A stretch of DNA of 64,000 bases from Octopus vulgaris (GCA_951406725.2 OX597820.1:123628001-123692000), one strand, 5' to 3'. Positions 26,546 to 41,049 are shown, counted from the stretch's first letter. Notes: generated from the sequence alone by a model not told the origin. Numbers and translations: made by a program.

Positions 26546-26606
26546 AATGTTAGGAAATTATAAATTATTATGTGACGTAAAGAGGAAAAGAGTTCTCATG
26601 CTGCAC

Positions 26607-27553
26607 TGTAAGGGTGAAGTCCATTGTTAAAATGGGGTTCGCTATAGTTATTAGCCAAAACTGAAACTATGGCAAGTTTGCTACACTTTGGAAAACTTTA
26701 TTAATAGAGATAATCCCCACCCCTTAGTTTTTTGTGACAGGTTTTCTGCGCGACAGTTTTTTTCATTTGGATTCTGGAAGCTATGATTACCTGTTGAGTT
26801 TATGCACTATGTGCTTTGTGATAGGCATTTATGGATTTATTTTGTGCTCCAGGAATTCGCCAGAAATTTTGTCAAATTTAAAATAAATTCTGTGTCACAT
26901 CTGGATCCAAAGTTTCTACATTCGAAGGTCGATATCCCAGGCTTCTACATTCCAAAGTCGATATCCAAGCTTTTTACATTCCGAGTTTCGTTTTCCAAGG
27001 TTTATAGATTCCAAGGTTCGACATCCAACGTTCGAAACCCAAGGATGAATCCCGAATTGATAGACAGATTTTATGAAATCCACTGTCGAAATCCGAGGTT
27101 CGAAAAACTGAATTTTTATAAAACTGGAAACTCGGATTTTATGAAATCCAAGATTTTTGGAATGCTATTGTTGAAAATTTGTGTGAGGAGAATTTTGGGG
27201 AAACCAAAACCGGGATATGGAGCCCGAACTTCTGAACTGTGTATATATGTTACCCTTGTAACATTTGACTGCGCGTATGGTGTAGCAGTTGCTGTTTGTG
27301 TAAATATTTGTTTATGTTAGCTGTTTTTATGCTGATTATTGAAAATGTCTTACAAAAAATTCATGGTGTGGGGTTGTTTTCAATTCAGCCTATTCATGTT
27401 GATTCTGTGAATTCGGGTTATGGCCAAGAGGTCATAACACTAACAATTATCTTTGTTTTACAAATTCGAGCCTTGGAGTTATGTATTTATTGTTTTGTTA
27501 AGTACCAACTCATTCTTTCTAAAACATTTTAATAAATATAAAAACTAATGCCA
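26607..27553 (+). mobile_element. Solo LTR-like insertion (947 bp) with 5-bp TSD
   Basis: TGCAC|TGTAAG...ATGCCA|TGCAC. AATAAA at 27531-27536. Internal imperfect ~28-bp repeats at 26913-27045 (TTCTACATTC..AGTCGATATCC). Confidence 0.6.
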
Positions 27554-28020
27554 TGCACTGTTGTAGAGATAAGATGCTTGACGGATGTAAATGTCGGCGG
27601 CTGTGAATGCCTCGTCAAAACTGGGGAACAGAACATCTCTGGAGAACTAATCAGGAACATACAGGTATTATATCTGGTTTATAAATTTTCTGTTGTAAGT
27701 AGCATTATGTAACAAGACACAAAAACATTTGTCGTGCTTGATGGTGCGTTAAAGCGGCTTCTGCTTTAGTTTAAGGACACTCAACGAGTATGAAAAAAGT
27801 TTAAACTATAAGGTTTTTATATATCTTGAGTTCGCTAAGACCTTCCAGCGAATCCACGAAAACGTTCAGCTGTGAGCAAGATCTCTCGAAAGTTGCTGCG
27901 CAGAATTAAGTATTTTCTGATAAATAAGTATCCAACATTTTGAGATCAATGGAATCTGGCTTTTGAATTTGGCAATATTGATGAGTTTTCAGACATAGTG
28001 GCCGGTGAAATATAACCGCT

Positions 28021-28118
28021 CATGTGTGCATGTGTGAGTATTAGTGTGTGTATGTGTGTATGTGTGTGTGTGTGTGTGTGTTTTGTGCATGTGTCTCTAT
28101 GTGTGCATGTGTGAGTAT

Positions 28119-28157
<39 letters not shown>

Positions 28158-28238
28158 CATGTGTGAGTATAAGTGTGTGTATGTGTGTATGTGTGTGTGT
28201 GTGTGTGTGTCTGTATGTGTGCATGTGTGTGTGTATGT

Positions 28239-28270
<32 letters not shown>

Positions 28271-28360
28271 CTGTATGTGTGCATGTGTGAGTATAAGTGT
28301 GTGTATGTGTGTATATGTGTGTGTGTGTGTTTGTGTGCATGTGTCTCTATGTGTGCATGT

Positions 28361-28398
<38 letters not shown>

Positions 28399-28516
28399 AT
28401 GTGTGAGTATAAGTGTGTGTATGTGTGTGTGTGTGTGTGTGTGTCTGTATGTGTGCATGTGTGAGTATAAGTGTGTGTATGTGTGTCTGTATGTGTGTGT
28501 GTGTGTGTGCATGTGT
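28021..28516. repeat. GT-based higher-order minisatellite
   Basis: Recurring modules GTGCATGTGTGAGTATAAGT, GTCTGTAT and GTCTCTAT separated by variable (GT)n. Confidence 0.9.
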
Positions 28517-28815
28517 GTTCGGTTCCAACGGTGCGTTCTAGCCAGGCCGTTTTTGTTTTATGTGTAACACCAAGAAACGTCTGACTATTTTGCCTGAAGC
28601 TGCAGGAAGAGAAATTCAATTGTTATCGGCTGAGAGTTATTGATCAGGTAAAAACAGCTTTTTATTCAACGTAACTGGAATTTCTTTCTTCGGTTTCCAC
28701 TTTTGACATTTCACCATGATTTTGGGCAATTTCATTCCAAATTATTCGTTGGGTAATTTATCCAAAACTCTTTTACTTGAACCAGGATAGGATCTGCTTT
28801 TGCTTCAATTCTGAC

Positions 28816-28816
<1 letters not shown>

Positions 28817-28861
<45 letters not shown>

Positions 28862-28997
28862 CACCCATCCATCAATCCATCCATGTATGTATGTATGTAT
28901 GTATGTATGTATGTATGTATGTATGTATGTATGTATGTATGTATGTATGTATGTATGTATGTATGCATGTATGTATGTATGTATGTATGCATGCATG

Positions 28998-29029
<32 letters not shown>

Positions 29030-29130
29030 CACCCATCCATAAATCCATCCATGTATGTATGTATGTATGTATGTATGTATGCATGTATGTATGTATGTAT
29101 GTATGTATCTATCTATCTATCTATCTATCT
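28817..29130. repeat. Duplicated compound block (TATC)n-CCACCCATCCAT-(TATG)n
   Basis: The same module order occurs twice, starting at about 28817 and 28998. Confidence 0.9.
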
Positions 29131-29652
29131 AGGTGTATGTCTATATATGTAAACCTGTAAATTTGTGTATGTGTGTGCGGTGAGTGTATGTACATGTTTC
29201 TGTATTAATACTCGTACCACTACTTATTTTCTTCAATTGTAACTGGGTCCCCCAAAGATATTTCTCAGATGAGAACTATAGTCCCACAACCATCACACAG
29301 ATAAGGGGCGATGGAAATAAGGAGCTCCATGACTCCTCAAGTACACACACACGCACACACATACATTTCTGTGCAAGAGCAGCTTCCTACTGTAGCTTCG
29401 GCGGAAGCAATGCTTTGCAGGTGAATATGGTAGACGGAAGAAGATCGTCGTATACACATATACATTCATACCTATCTAACAACCAACCAACCAACCAACC
29501 AACCAACCAACCAACCAACCTACCTACCTACCTACCTACCTACCTACTTACCTGCATACCTACCTACCTACCTACCTACCTACCTACCTACCTACCTACC
29601 TACCTACCTACCTACCTCCCTACCTATCTGCCTACCTACATACATACATACA

Positions 29653-30200
29653 TATCAGAGCTGCGAAAGCATAGGAGGAACCTAGTTTCAATGTGGCTAA
29701 ACTACAAGAAAGGCTTTGACTCTGTCCCCCACTCATGAATGCTAGAAGCCCTTTAACTTGCTAATGTTCCAATGAGCATAGTCAAAGCCATAGCTAACCT
29801 GCTTTATCGTGGGCCACCTTCTTGAAACTAAACACAACGATTGACTGTATTATCAATGGTAGAATACAGTATCGCAAAGGCATATTCCAAGGGGGCAGCC
29901 TCTCTGTGATGTTCTTTATACTTTCTGTAAACCTCTCGTCATTCATGTTATGGAAATCTTAAGGATATCTCACTGGTTCACAAGGAACCAAAAGTACGAA
30001 ACTTACAAACAGTTCCTTTGTAGATGACTTGAAACTTTATGCAAATGATATGTATGAGTTGAAAAAGAGCCTTGACCTACAACATTCTCAAAGAATGTAG
30101 GGTTTGAGTTTGTTCATGATAAATGTTCTTATATGGTTGTGAAAAGGGGGAAAACTATAAATCAGATAAGCAACAGCTTCATCAATGATTTGACTGTTTC
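29653..30200 (+). mobile_element. R4/Dong-type reverse transcriptase pseudogene fragment
   Basis: RRNLVSMWLNYKKGFDSVPHS*MLEAL, IQYRKGIFQGGSLSVMFFIL and SFVDDLKLYAN match WIDYKKAFDSVPH, GIFQGDSLSP and Y/F.DDLKLY. Confidence 0.85.
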
Positions 30201-30555
30201 CCCTATATCTGACAAAGAAGGTTACACGTTTATTGACCATTTTCTTTCCTTTAAACATCGGCACAAACTTTCCGGACAATCCAATAAAAATGCAGATACA
30301 CTCGCGCGGGCGCACATACACAGACACCCCCCCACACACACAGATGCCCACATACATACATACAAACACACATACGCGCATATACACGTGCATAGAAATA
30401 TATAATCTCATTATATAGTAGACATATATATGTATGTTTGTATGTGTATGTGTGTGTATGTGTCTGTGTATGTCTTCGTATGTATGTATGTATGTATGTA
30501 TGGGTGTGTGTGTAAATATTTCTTTGTGATGGACAGCAGAAATGCTACGTCAATA

Positions 30556-32134
30556 ACTACCTCCAATGCTTCGATTGATCATCACGCGGGACCAAGTCAA
30601 ACGTGTTATTCAAGGCCTCGATGTCAACAAGGGTCACGGCCCTGACGGCATACACCCACGGGTCATCAAAGCGTTGGCTCCGGTCATCTGCGAGCCCTTA
30701 ACACGATTATTCAATATGTCATTGGCGACGGGTGTTATACCTGCAGACTGGAGAACAGCGATAATCTGCCCAATTTTCAAGAAAGGGAGCCGCGAAGACC
30801 CGCTTAACTACCGACCGGTTTCCCTTACATCAATAATCAGCAAGATGTTCGAAACCATCCTTAAGAAAAGTATGATGCTCCACCTCCTAAACACAGCCTC
30901 GATCACTGATTCCCAACACGGCTTCGTGCCGAAGAGATCATGCTTGACCAACTTACTAGTAATGGAAGAATTGGTGACGCGCATCCTCGATGATAGTGAT
31001 GCTGTTGACATCGTTTTATTGGACTTTGCCAAAGCTTTTGACTCGGTAAACCACCGCCTACTACTTGTCAAGCTTCAAGCATATAGTTTCCATCCGGATA
31101 TTGTACGATGGGTTGGTGCCTTCCTCTCAGATCGCTCCTTCCAAGTTCAAGTTAATGGTTCGCGGTCCGACGTCTCCAGTGCGAGCAGTGGCGTGCCTCA
31201 AGGTTTAGTGCTTGGGCCCTTGTTGTTCTTAGTCTTCATAAATGACTTGCCCGACGACCTCACGCAACACACCCTTCTATTTGCCGACGATATCAAACTG
31301 GTCGCTCCTCGCGGTAGTATAGAGGATCTTCGTCGATGCCTCCACCAAATTTGGAAGTGGTCTAACGATTGGGACCTGTGTCTGAACGTGTCAAAGTGCT
31401 GTCATCTGCCTGTCGGCTCTACTCCTGCAACTCAACTTGATTTCGAGCCGGGTCGTCTGCTGCTGGAGAGGACCGATCAGGTAAAGGACCTGGGTATCTT
31501 GGTGGATTCCTCCTTTTCACCTTCGGCCCAGTGCGTCCATGCTGCCAACAAAGCGCGCGGAATTCTGTTTTTGATTCGACGGTCATTCGGAATGCTCACA
31601 GCAGCCATATTCCTGCCACTCTATGTCACGCTGGTGAGACCCATATTGGAGTATAGGATTCAAGCCTCTTCTCCAGAGGCTGCCTACCCGCATGGTTCAT
31701 GGTCTCAAAAATTTGTCCTACGAAGAAAGGCTGAGGACGCTCGACCTTTGTTCTCTTGAAAAACGCCGCCGCCGTGGTGATCTCATTCTTGCTCACAACA
31801 TCACAAGCGGAAAGTGTAACCTCTCGAAAGAGCTGTTCTTCACTCCTGCTCCGGAGCGTCGGCTGCGGGGTCATTCCGAAAAGCTCTACCTGCGACGATT
31901 TCATCTCAATCGAAGGAGAGGAGCTTTTTCCGTCCGGGTTGCGGATCCATGGAACAAGCTGCCAGACGAGATAGTGAAGATGCCGACGACCGCTTTGTTC
32001 AAAGTCTCCCTTGACCTCAAGTGGCCTGAACTCTTTACATGAACACCACCCTGTACTTAACTCCATGTCCCCCTACATGGCCTTGCTATTTGCTTTTGAG
32101 CCAAATTAACTAACTAACTAACTAACTAACTAAC
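30556..32134 (+). mobile_element. Young 5'-truncated CR1-type LINE with short 3' UTR and (TAAC)7 tail
   Basis: GC-rich block with RT ORF and C-terminus LSYEERL...LEKRRRRGDLI...LRGHSEKL...FSVRVADPWNKLP. Stop at 32040-32042, tail at 32107-32134. Confidence 0.93.
30566..32042 (+). pseudogene. LINE ORF2 reverse transcriptase (no endonuclease; frameshifting deletion near 31674)
   Basis: GPDGIHPRV, NYRPVSLTS, QHGF, LDFAKAFDSV, GVPQGLVLGP, LFADD, KDLG and RPILEY in ORF 30566-31759; continues in the 31692-32042 frame. Confidence 0.92.
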
Positions 32135-32564
32135 ATCAACTTACCAACCCCTCCCCCCTACCTATTCCTCATAGTCACATTTCTTTGCCTTCGTCAGCGT
32201 TTTAAAAATAACTTATGTGTATGCTTATTGGTGCTCGTGTATATGCGCGCGCGTGCGTATGTTAGGTATGTATCTATGTATTTACGTCCGTAACTATGCA
32301 GCGCCCATCATAATATATTTTCATCTTTCAGCCCCACCCACTGCTTGGAAATGTCCAAATTTAGATTCCGTAACTTATCTTCTATCCTATCCCTCTCGTT
32401 CAAGTTCACTGCAACTCAGCCAGCACCTCACACGTACAGTATACTACAGCTAAAATAGTCGAATGATTGTTTGAGGTTTTATAAGTTTGAGGTTTTATAA
32501 GTTATGGGATACATTGAAAATAGTGGATGATTCTTCAATTTAATATATTCCTTGTTTTAATGGG

Positions 32565-33497
32565 GTGATCTGGCAGAATTGTTACCACACTGGAAAAATG
32601 TCAAGAGGCACTTCTTCCCACCTTACTCTCTGAGCTCAAAGTCTGCCGAGATAGACTTTGCCATTTATCATGTGGAGTCGACGAAATTGGTACCAGTTGT
32701 GCACTGGTGTCAATGTTACCGACTTTGTCCTCGTCAGTAAATTGCTGGCCTTGTCCCAGAATTTGAAATCTGTATCATTTATCTTTTAATTGTTTCAGTC
32801 CTCAGACTGCAGCCATGCTCGGACACAACCTTAATTAAATTTTCATTCAATTTATCTGGCGTTTACTCTGTCGGACACTTTTGCCGAAAAATATGTGACG
32901 GGGTGTAAACAAACTAGCACCGGTTGTAAAGATATGTTAGGGGACACATAAATACACACACACACATAGATATACATATACATATATACGACGATCTCCT
33001 TTCGTATCTATAGATAGAAGTAATGAAATGTTAATCTTTTATCTTTTACTTTTTTTGTCATTAGACTGTAATCATATTGGGTCAGCATCTGGGATGGCTT
33101 TTTAGCAGAAATAATCGACCCTAGTACATTTTAAAAGTCTGATACTTATTCTACTGGTCTCTTGTTTCGAACTGTTAATTTAGGTGGACGTAAACAAAGC
33201 AAAACCGGTTGTCAATTGGTTGTTTGAAGACAGAGACACGATGCTACAAGGTAGGCTCGATTCCGGGACCCGGCGGCGCGTTGTGTTCTTCAACTCAACA
33301 CTTCATTTCCCGTGGCTGCAATCCACAAAGCTGTAAAATAGTCATCCTGAGTCGGACTAGCTTCCGACATGGGGGAATGCACTCCTGCTTGCCTAGCCAG
33401 AGAAGTAGGGTACCATTTGAAAGCTAAAACAATGCAAACACCTTGTGACCAGCGGTGTATAACAACATTCGATAGCGTGATTGATCACGTGAGGTAC
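32565..33497. mobile_element. Cluster of degenerate SINEs in both orientations
   Basis: Family A-like 32565-32770 (+), family B-type tails at 32775-32830 and 33040-33090 (-), and a SINE at 33235-33497 (+) whose 3' part matches 56703-56825 (-). Confidence 0.65.
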
Positions 33498-33499
33498 GC

Positions 33500-33567
<68 letters not shown>

Positions 33568-33659
33568 TTCCCTCTCTCTCTCTCTCTGTATATATATATA
33601 TAAATATATATTTAGATATATAGATAATTATATGCATTTAGATTTACCAACTTGACTCA

Positions 33660-33746
<87 letters not shown>

Positions 33747-34041
33747 TCACATAAATATTTATATATATATATAATATATATATAAGGATTCAAACAATGC
33801 ACTGTTCAAAAATGAAGATAAATCCCATACGCGTTAAGTCATAATTTAATCTAAGGAGCAAAAAATATATATCAACATCTAAGATCTTTGGATGCGCAGG
33901 AACAGATAGTTTAAACAGAAATTATAAGGATACGATAAACGTGTACAATTCGATTTGTCTATTTTGAACTACTTTCAAATCTCTCTTAACAGGTAATACT
34001 TTCAGTAAATCCAGTGATCCACTTAGATAAAAGGTCCAATA

Positions 34042-35370
<1,329 letters not shown>

Positions 35371-35836
35371 CCTACATGATGTAAATAAAGATTATAATAC
35401 GAAATTGGAGAGTATGTTGTAGGGACTAGGCATAAAGGAAAAGGTAAAACCATTGTGATTACCAAGCATTTGGCGAAGGTTTGAGATTCTTGCAGAGACA
35501 GCTATTTTAAACAAGATTGCACTGATAGACCGGAATTAACAAGTAGTTTCTTATCGCTGTCAGTATTCATCGAAGTTAAAATGGTAATTTGATTCTGAAA
35601 AGTCGCTGATCAGTGGTGCAGGAAAATACGCACGCATACACCAACACACATAAACATACACACACACGCATGTGTGCGCGTATCTATTTATACATACATA
35701 TATATATATATATACATATAGGAATATATATATAAATATATATATATGTATATATGAATGTATATATATGTATATAACTACACGCTCTTATATGCAGAGA
35801 AAATCTCACACATATAAATACCGTAATACATGTATG

Positions 35837-35872
<36 letters not shown>

Positions 35873-36139
35873 AGGATTTATCTTCTCTCCTCGCTCCTTT
35901 GTGCCACACGGGCGCTACTCTCCTCCCCACTTCATCTAACCCTCCTCTCCTCTCCTCCCTTCCTGTCACACCCACTTCCTCCCAACCACCTCTCCTCTCT
36001 TGCTGCGTGACCTACTTCTTCACCTCACTCCAACCCTCTGTTCTCTTCACTCCTACCTAATTTCTCCCTTCCCCTCTCGCTTAATCGTTACCTTTCCCTC
36101 GTTAACGCACCCTACACAATCCAACCTCATCTTCCCTAT

Positions 36140-36560
36140 TGATATCATCGCACCCCGACCTCATCCCATACACCCAATTCCACATAATCCACCTCTACCT
36201 CACCCTCAGTCTAACCCACACCTACACATGCACACACGTACACGTCAACGTCACCATCCCTCTTCCACACGCACATACATGCTTTCTCATACATACGCAC
36301 GCACACATTCGTTTTGGGATCAACACTACTTTATTATCTCCCCTTCTTCCTAGCTGTCCTGTGTGACCCCTCTGTCCGGCATTCGCCATGATAAATCACT
36401 AGTCACTACACATTCTTTATTTTCTCTCCTTGTTTCTTTCAGTGTTCCTTTCTGTGGAAGAACGTAGACTCGAAAACACTTTTTCACTTCCCGAGCATTA
36501 TGCTAATACATCTCTTTGTTTTCTACAGCACCAGTCTTCGTCTTTTGTTCTTTTCGAGAA
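36140..36560 (+). mobile_element. Dispersed repeat, copy 1 (Penelope pLTR-like, decayed hammerhead-like motif)
   Basis: Alignable over about 350 bp with 40090-40490, e.g. CACACGTCAACGTCACCATCC and CCTGTGTGACCCCTCTGTCC.GCATTCGCCATGATA. Confidence 0.7.
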
Positions 36561-36580
36561 CTCTCCCCCTGTATATATAT

Positions 36581-36680
<100 letters not shown>

Positions 36681-36716
36681 CATATATATATATATACATA
36701 TATATAAACATATATA

Positions 36717-36799
<83 letters not shown>

Positions 36800-36822
36800 C
36801 ACACTATAAGTTTAGTGTTCAC

Positions 36823-38150
36823 TTGCTTCAGCTTTATTTCATATTAATTCTATGCCGGCCAGTGTTCTTTCGTCACACTTCTGTGACATCATCTGTGGTT
36901 CTTTGTTTTCGTCTTTGTGTCTCTCCTTCCCAACATTTGCCCATGCGTATATCCTTTTGTATGTCTATGTTTAGTGTGTGTGTGTGTGGGAATGTGTTCG
37001 GTTCCTGCATTATCTGCATTGCCTGTTTAGTCACGTTTGTTTAATTAAATTTTATTTATTTGTTTTTTGCTACTTACTTTTTCATTTCTTCTTGTTTTGT
37101 ATTAATTTAATTTATCATATTTGGTTTCTGTAATTAATGATTTAATTTTATTTATTTATTTATCCATTGTATTAGTTTCATATTATTAGTTTACGGGAAT
37201 CTTATTCTGTCATAAGTTGTGATATGCAGAGGTATGTGCAAGTGTTCAATTCTAGTTTATATTTAGGATAGGTTTATCTTCTATTATATGTGTAACTTCC
37301 GTAATTTGTCTAAGCGCTGCGTCTGTTCTATGTGTGGACATGATTTTAACTTTTATGTTGTTGAGTTCTGTGTTCCTGTTCGGCGTGCTGGTATAGAACC
37401 GATGAGCTCTTCTCTTCCTGAAGTTCCCTCCAATGCACATTTACCCGCTTTCCTATGCTCCGTGCTGTCTCCCCTACGTACATCATTGTTTTGTTTCTAC
37501 CCCGTCCCTTTGTACATCTTATTCTATAGACTACATTCTTAGCTTTACAGTTAGCTGTGGGCTAAATCTACATATATCACAGTTCCTATCAGTGCATGGG
37601 GTTCTATTAAAAGTGTAGGTTCTACCAATAAGGGATTTTATAGGACTACGTGGCCTTTCTACAACTTTAATTCTTCGCTTAAGCTTGTCTAGGGTCCTTC
37701 TAAAGCGGTACGCCAGTTCGCCTCTGGGAGTGGTGTCGACGAACATGAGACTCTGGTATTTGTGGTTACCATACATGAGTTGGCCTTCCCTATTTTCTTC
37801 TAAGTCTTTTCAATGGTATTCCATAATTTGCTCCTATAAAATGAGCAAATCCAATTCCTATCGTTACGTATGATAGTCTCAAATTTCCTCAAGGTTCCTT
37901 TATATACTCTATCCTTTCTCTATGGCTGTATCCAGAGAACTACATTCGGTGAACGAAGTGTTGTATGTACCTTTTTAACTCCGTAGGGTCGCACACGCGG
38001 GGCACATTTCTCATTACTCTGATGAAGTCTGCCATCAATATATTGAATTTAGCATTGTCCACGATAGCTGATTTCCGGTGGATCAGGTATTTAGAGGCCA
38101 TTGGCGAATAAAAGTTTTTATGGGTTAAGGCTAACATTAGTTTCATGCTA
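36823..38150 (-). mobile_element. Penelope-like element remnant (RT thumb, Cys linker, C-terminal GIY-YIG endonuclease, 3' UTR)
   Basis: FYSPMASKYLIHRKSA, FSGYS, MFVDTTPRGELA, IKVVERP, PCTDRNCDIC and DAALRQITEVTHIIEDKPILN; decayed hammerhead motif in the 3' UTR. Confidence 0.8.
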
Positions 38151-38537
38151 AGATAGAAATCCCCGAATAATTATCAGGCCCACCACATCGAACATCGGTA
38201 CTCGCCTCCATCTTGGAATTAAAGACGATGAACTCACATGAGATCACGAAAAACTAATGGAAGATTTAAGGTAAAGGAAAGAATATCAGGAAGAACAACT
38301 GTTGAATTATCATCTCCTTTGCCTCAAATTTAGGTGAAATTCTATTCCAATCGAATTTTCTTCAGATATACAGATAGATACATATATTTGCATTAACATG
38401 CGCTTAATAGTTCATATGTACATATACGTGAATCTGGTTGGGAAGTTTCATATGTTTATCGCATGTTTTGGTGTCAGAATTTTTACAGTATTTTTGTAAC
38501 TGAACATATTCTGTAATTGTGTGTATTTATTCATAAA

Positions 38538-38599
<62 letters not shown>

Positions 38600-39321
38600 G
38601 TCTATCGATCACATCATATTTGGCACGGCATGGTTTCTAGTAATAAGAATAAAAACAATTGGCTATATAAGGTACAACTACACAGGTTTCGTAGCGTTTT
38701 TCGTTATAACACGAGTACAGTATGTAACATAAAGTGAAAGACATTACACAATGTTACATGTTCTAAATAAAAACGCCACGGAGACATGTGTAATAACACT
38801 AAAAGTAAGAATTTTTATTACTATAAATCATATATATTTAGAAAGAAATTATGGAAAACCCTTGTGTGGCATCAGTACAGTATCCTATTCTGAAGCGTTG
38901 CTCGGGCAAATTTATCAACATTTTCAACTACCACTACGAAACATTTTCTTGCTTCTATATTTCTTACTAAATAATTTCTTTAAACAGGGAAAAGTTTGAT
39001 TGCGTTTTGCATATGTAATGAATAAGTTTGCGTCTATGGTTATTTTTACTTGGAGTGTATTTGACTTCAGGGATTACAGGGCTGTTTTAAACAGTATATT
39101 CATATTTCTGACACTAGGTCCATAGAGGAAACTTGTGTCTAATATCTGTAAGTTTAACGGACTATGTAAATGTCAATGATTTTAGATTGTTGAAAGAAGT
39201 TTTTGAAGTAAAGGGTCATAAAGTATAAATTGAAGAATATGAATGAAGAGAGAGTATAGGAAAGAACACGAGATATGTATGAGTATATATCTATATCTAC
39301 TTATCTATCTATCTATCAATC

Positions 39322-39357
<36 letters not shown>

Positions 39358-39390
39358 TATATACATACATACATACATACATGCACACAT

Positions 39391-39425
<35 letters not shown>

Positions 39426-40008
39426 GATATATATATATGCATATATATATATATATATACATATGAATATATATACACGTATCCGTATATATATATGGAA
39501 GTCGGGAAAATACACTAAGAGAAAGCGAGTGTGTGGGAGAGTATCCAATCCCTTAGCTGTTGTTGCAGATTATTTGATTTTATTTGTATAGACACATTGA
39601 AAGTTCCATGAATATATTTCCATCTAAAACCTTATACTTGGCTTCGGGATTTGTCAGATATCAGAGCAGTGTTTCGCGGATGTATGAAAGTATCATCGAA
39701 AAGTTGTGGAAATATGATTGGAGTTGTGACCAGAATTAAAATTTAGATAATAGTAAAATACATGAATATTAATGTTGCTTAATATTGTAAATATATTTGC
39801 ATTTACTTAGTGGATGCCACCCACGAAAACAAATACATATTCACGCAATATATATATATATGTATATTAAAAATATTCCACGTAAATACGAAGTTTCTAC
39901 CTTTATAAAAAATGAGTTACAACCCCTTTACTTGTGAGATTTTTGCTACCCTGGTAAATATTTATTTATTTTGTCCGTGTCAATTGTTAACAAGGTAAAA
40001 GTACACTC

Positions 40009-40050
<42 letters not shown>

Positions 40051-40089
40051 GTATATATGCATAAACGTGTTTATATATACATACACCCC

Positions 40090-40490
40090 ACCCTTGCTTT
40101 CCCTACTCTCGTCTCACCCACATCCCAACACTACCACATCACTCCACACACCTACACATGCACACACGCACACGTCAACGTCACCATCCTTCTCCCACAC
40201 GCACATACATGCTTTCGTATACACATGCACGCAGACCTACGTTTTAGGATCACCACTACTTTATCATCTCACCTTCTTCCTAGCTCTCCTGTGTGACCCC
40301 TCTGTCCAGCATTCGCCATGATAGATCGCTAGCCACTACACATTCCTTATTTTCTCTCCTTGTTTCTTTCTGTGTTTCTTTCTGTTGAGAGCGCGTAGGC
40401 TCGAAACGTTAAAGTCTTTTTCACTTCCCGATCATTAAACTAAGATATTTGTTTGTTGTTTACACCACCTGTCTTCCTCTTTTGCTTTTT
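40090..40490 (+). mobile_element. Dispersed repeat, copy 2 (Penelope pLTR-like) with hammerhead-like motif at 40376-40416
   Basis: Paralog of 36140-36560; contains CTGTTGA-GAGC-gcgtag-GCTC-GAAACGTTA. Confidence 0.7.
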
Positions 40491-41049
40491 GTATACGTAT
40501 ACACACACACACACACACATACACACACACACTCACACACATATATATGTTTCTGTATGTATGTGTGCGTAATTCACTTATTCTCGTCAATAGTTTTAGA
40601 CTTTGGACTGAGTTGTCTTCATGTTATTACGTTATCAATCACTTAAAGGCAGAATGGCAATACTGCGTTCTGACAGTTAGAAGATGCAATTCAGATGCTC
40701 TAATTATACTGGTCAATACAATTTTTCTTTGCTAATTTTAGGGTGCTGAATAAAAAAAATGCTCTCCATTTTCTCCCATCATGTCAGGTTCGGGCTGCGT
40801 AAAAACCCCATTAAAAAAGCACAATTTTTCAATGCTATTGTGTCCTGATATTTCTAAATACTATTTTTATTTCTGCAACTAATAACAATGCTATCAGAAG
40901 AGCAGTCAGTTTACACGAGCAATTTTGTTTGGTCCTCACTCCCCGATACACATACACATACACGCCCACACGCACGCACATAAATTTAATACACGAATAC
41001 ATAAACATTGTAATGATTATACATACACACATACAAACATACATACATA

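Noticed and set aside
26913-27045. Regularly spaced ~28-bp repeats, superficially CRISPR-like
   Set aside because: Degenerate head-to-tail repeats without unique spacers, no cas genes, eukaryotic context.
26802-27320. 172-aa ORF
   Set aside because: It lies inside the LTR-like insert, its openness is helped by internal short repeats, and it has no recognisable domain.
32174-32200. Minus-strand CUGACGA...GAAA
   Set aside because: No stem II pairing between the core halves.
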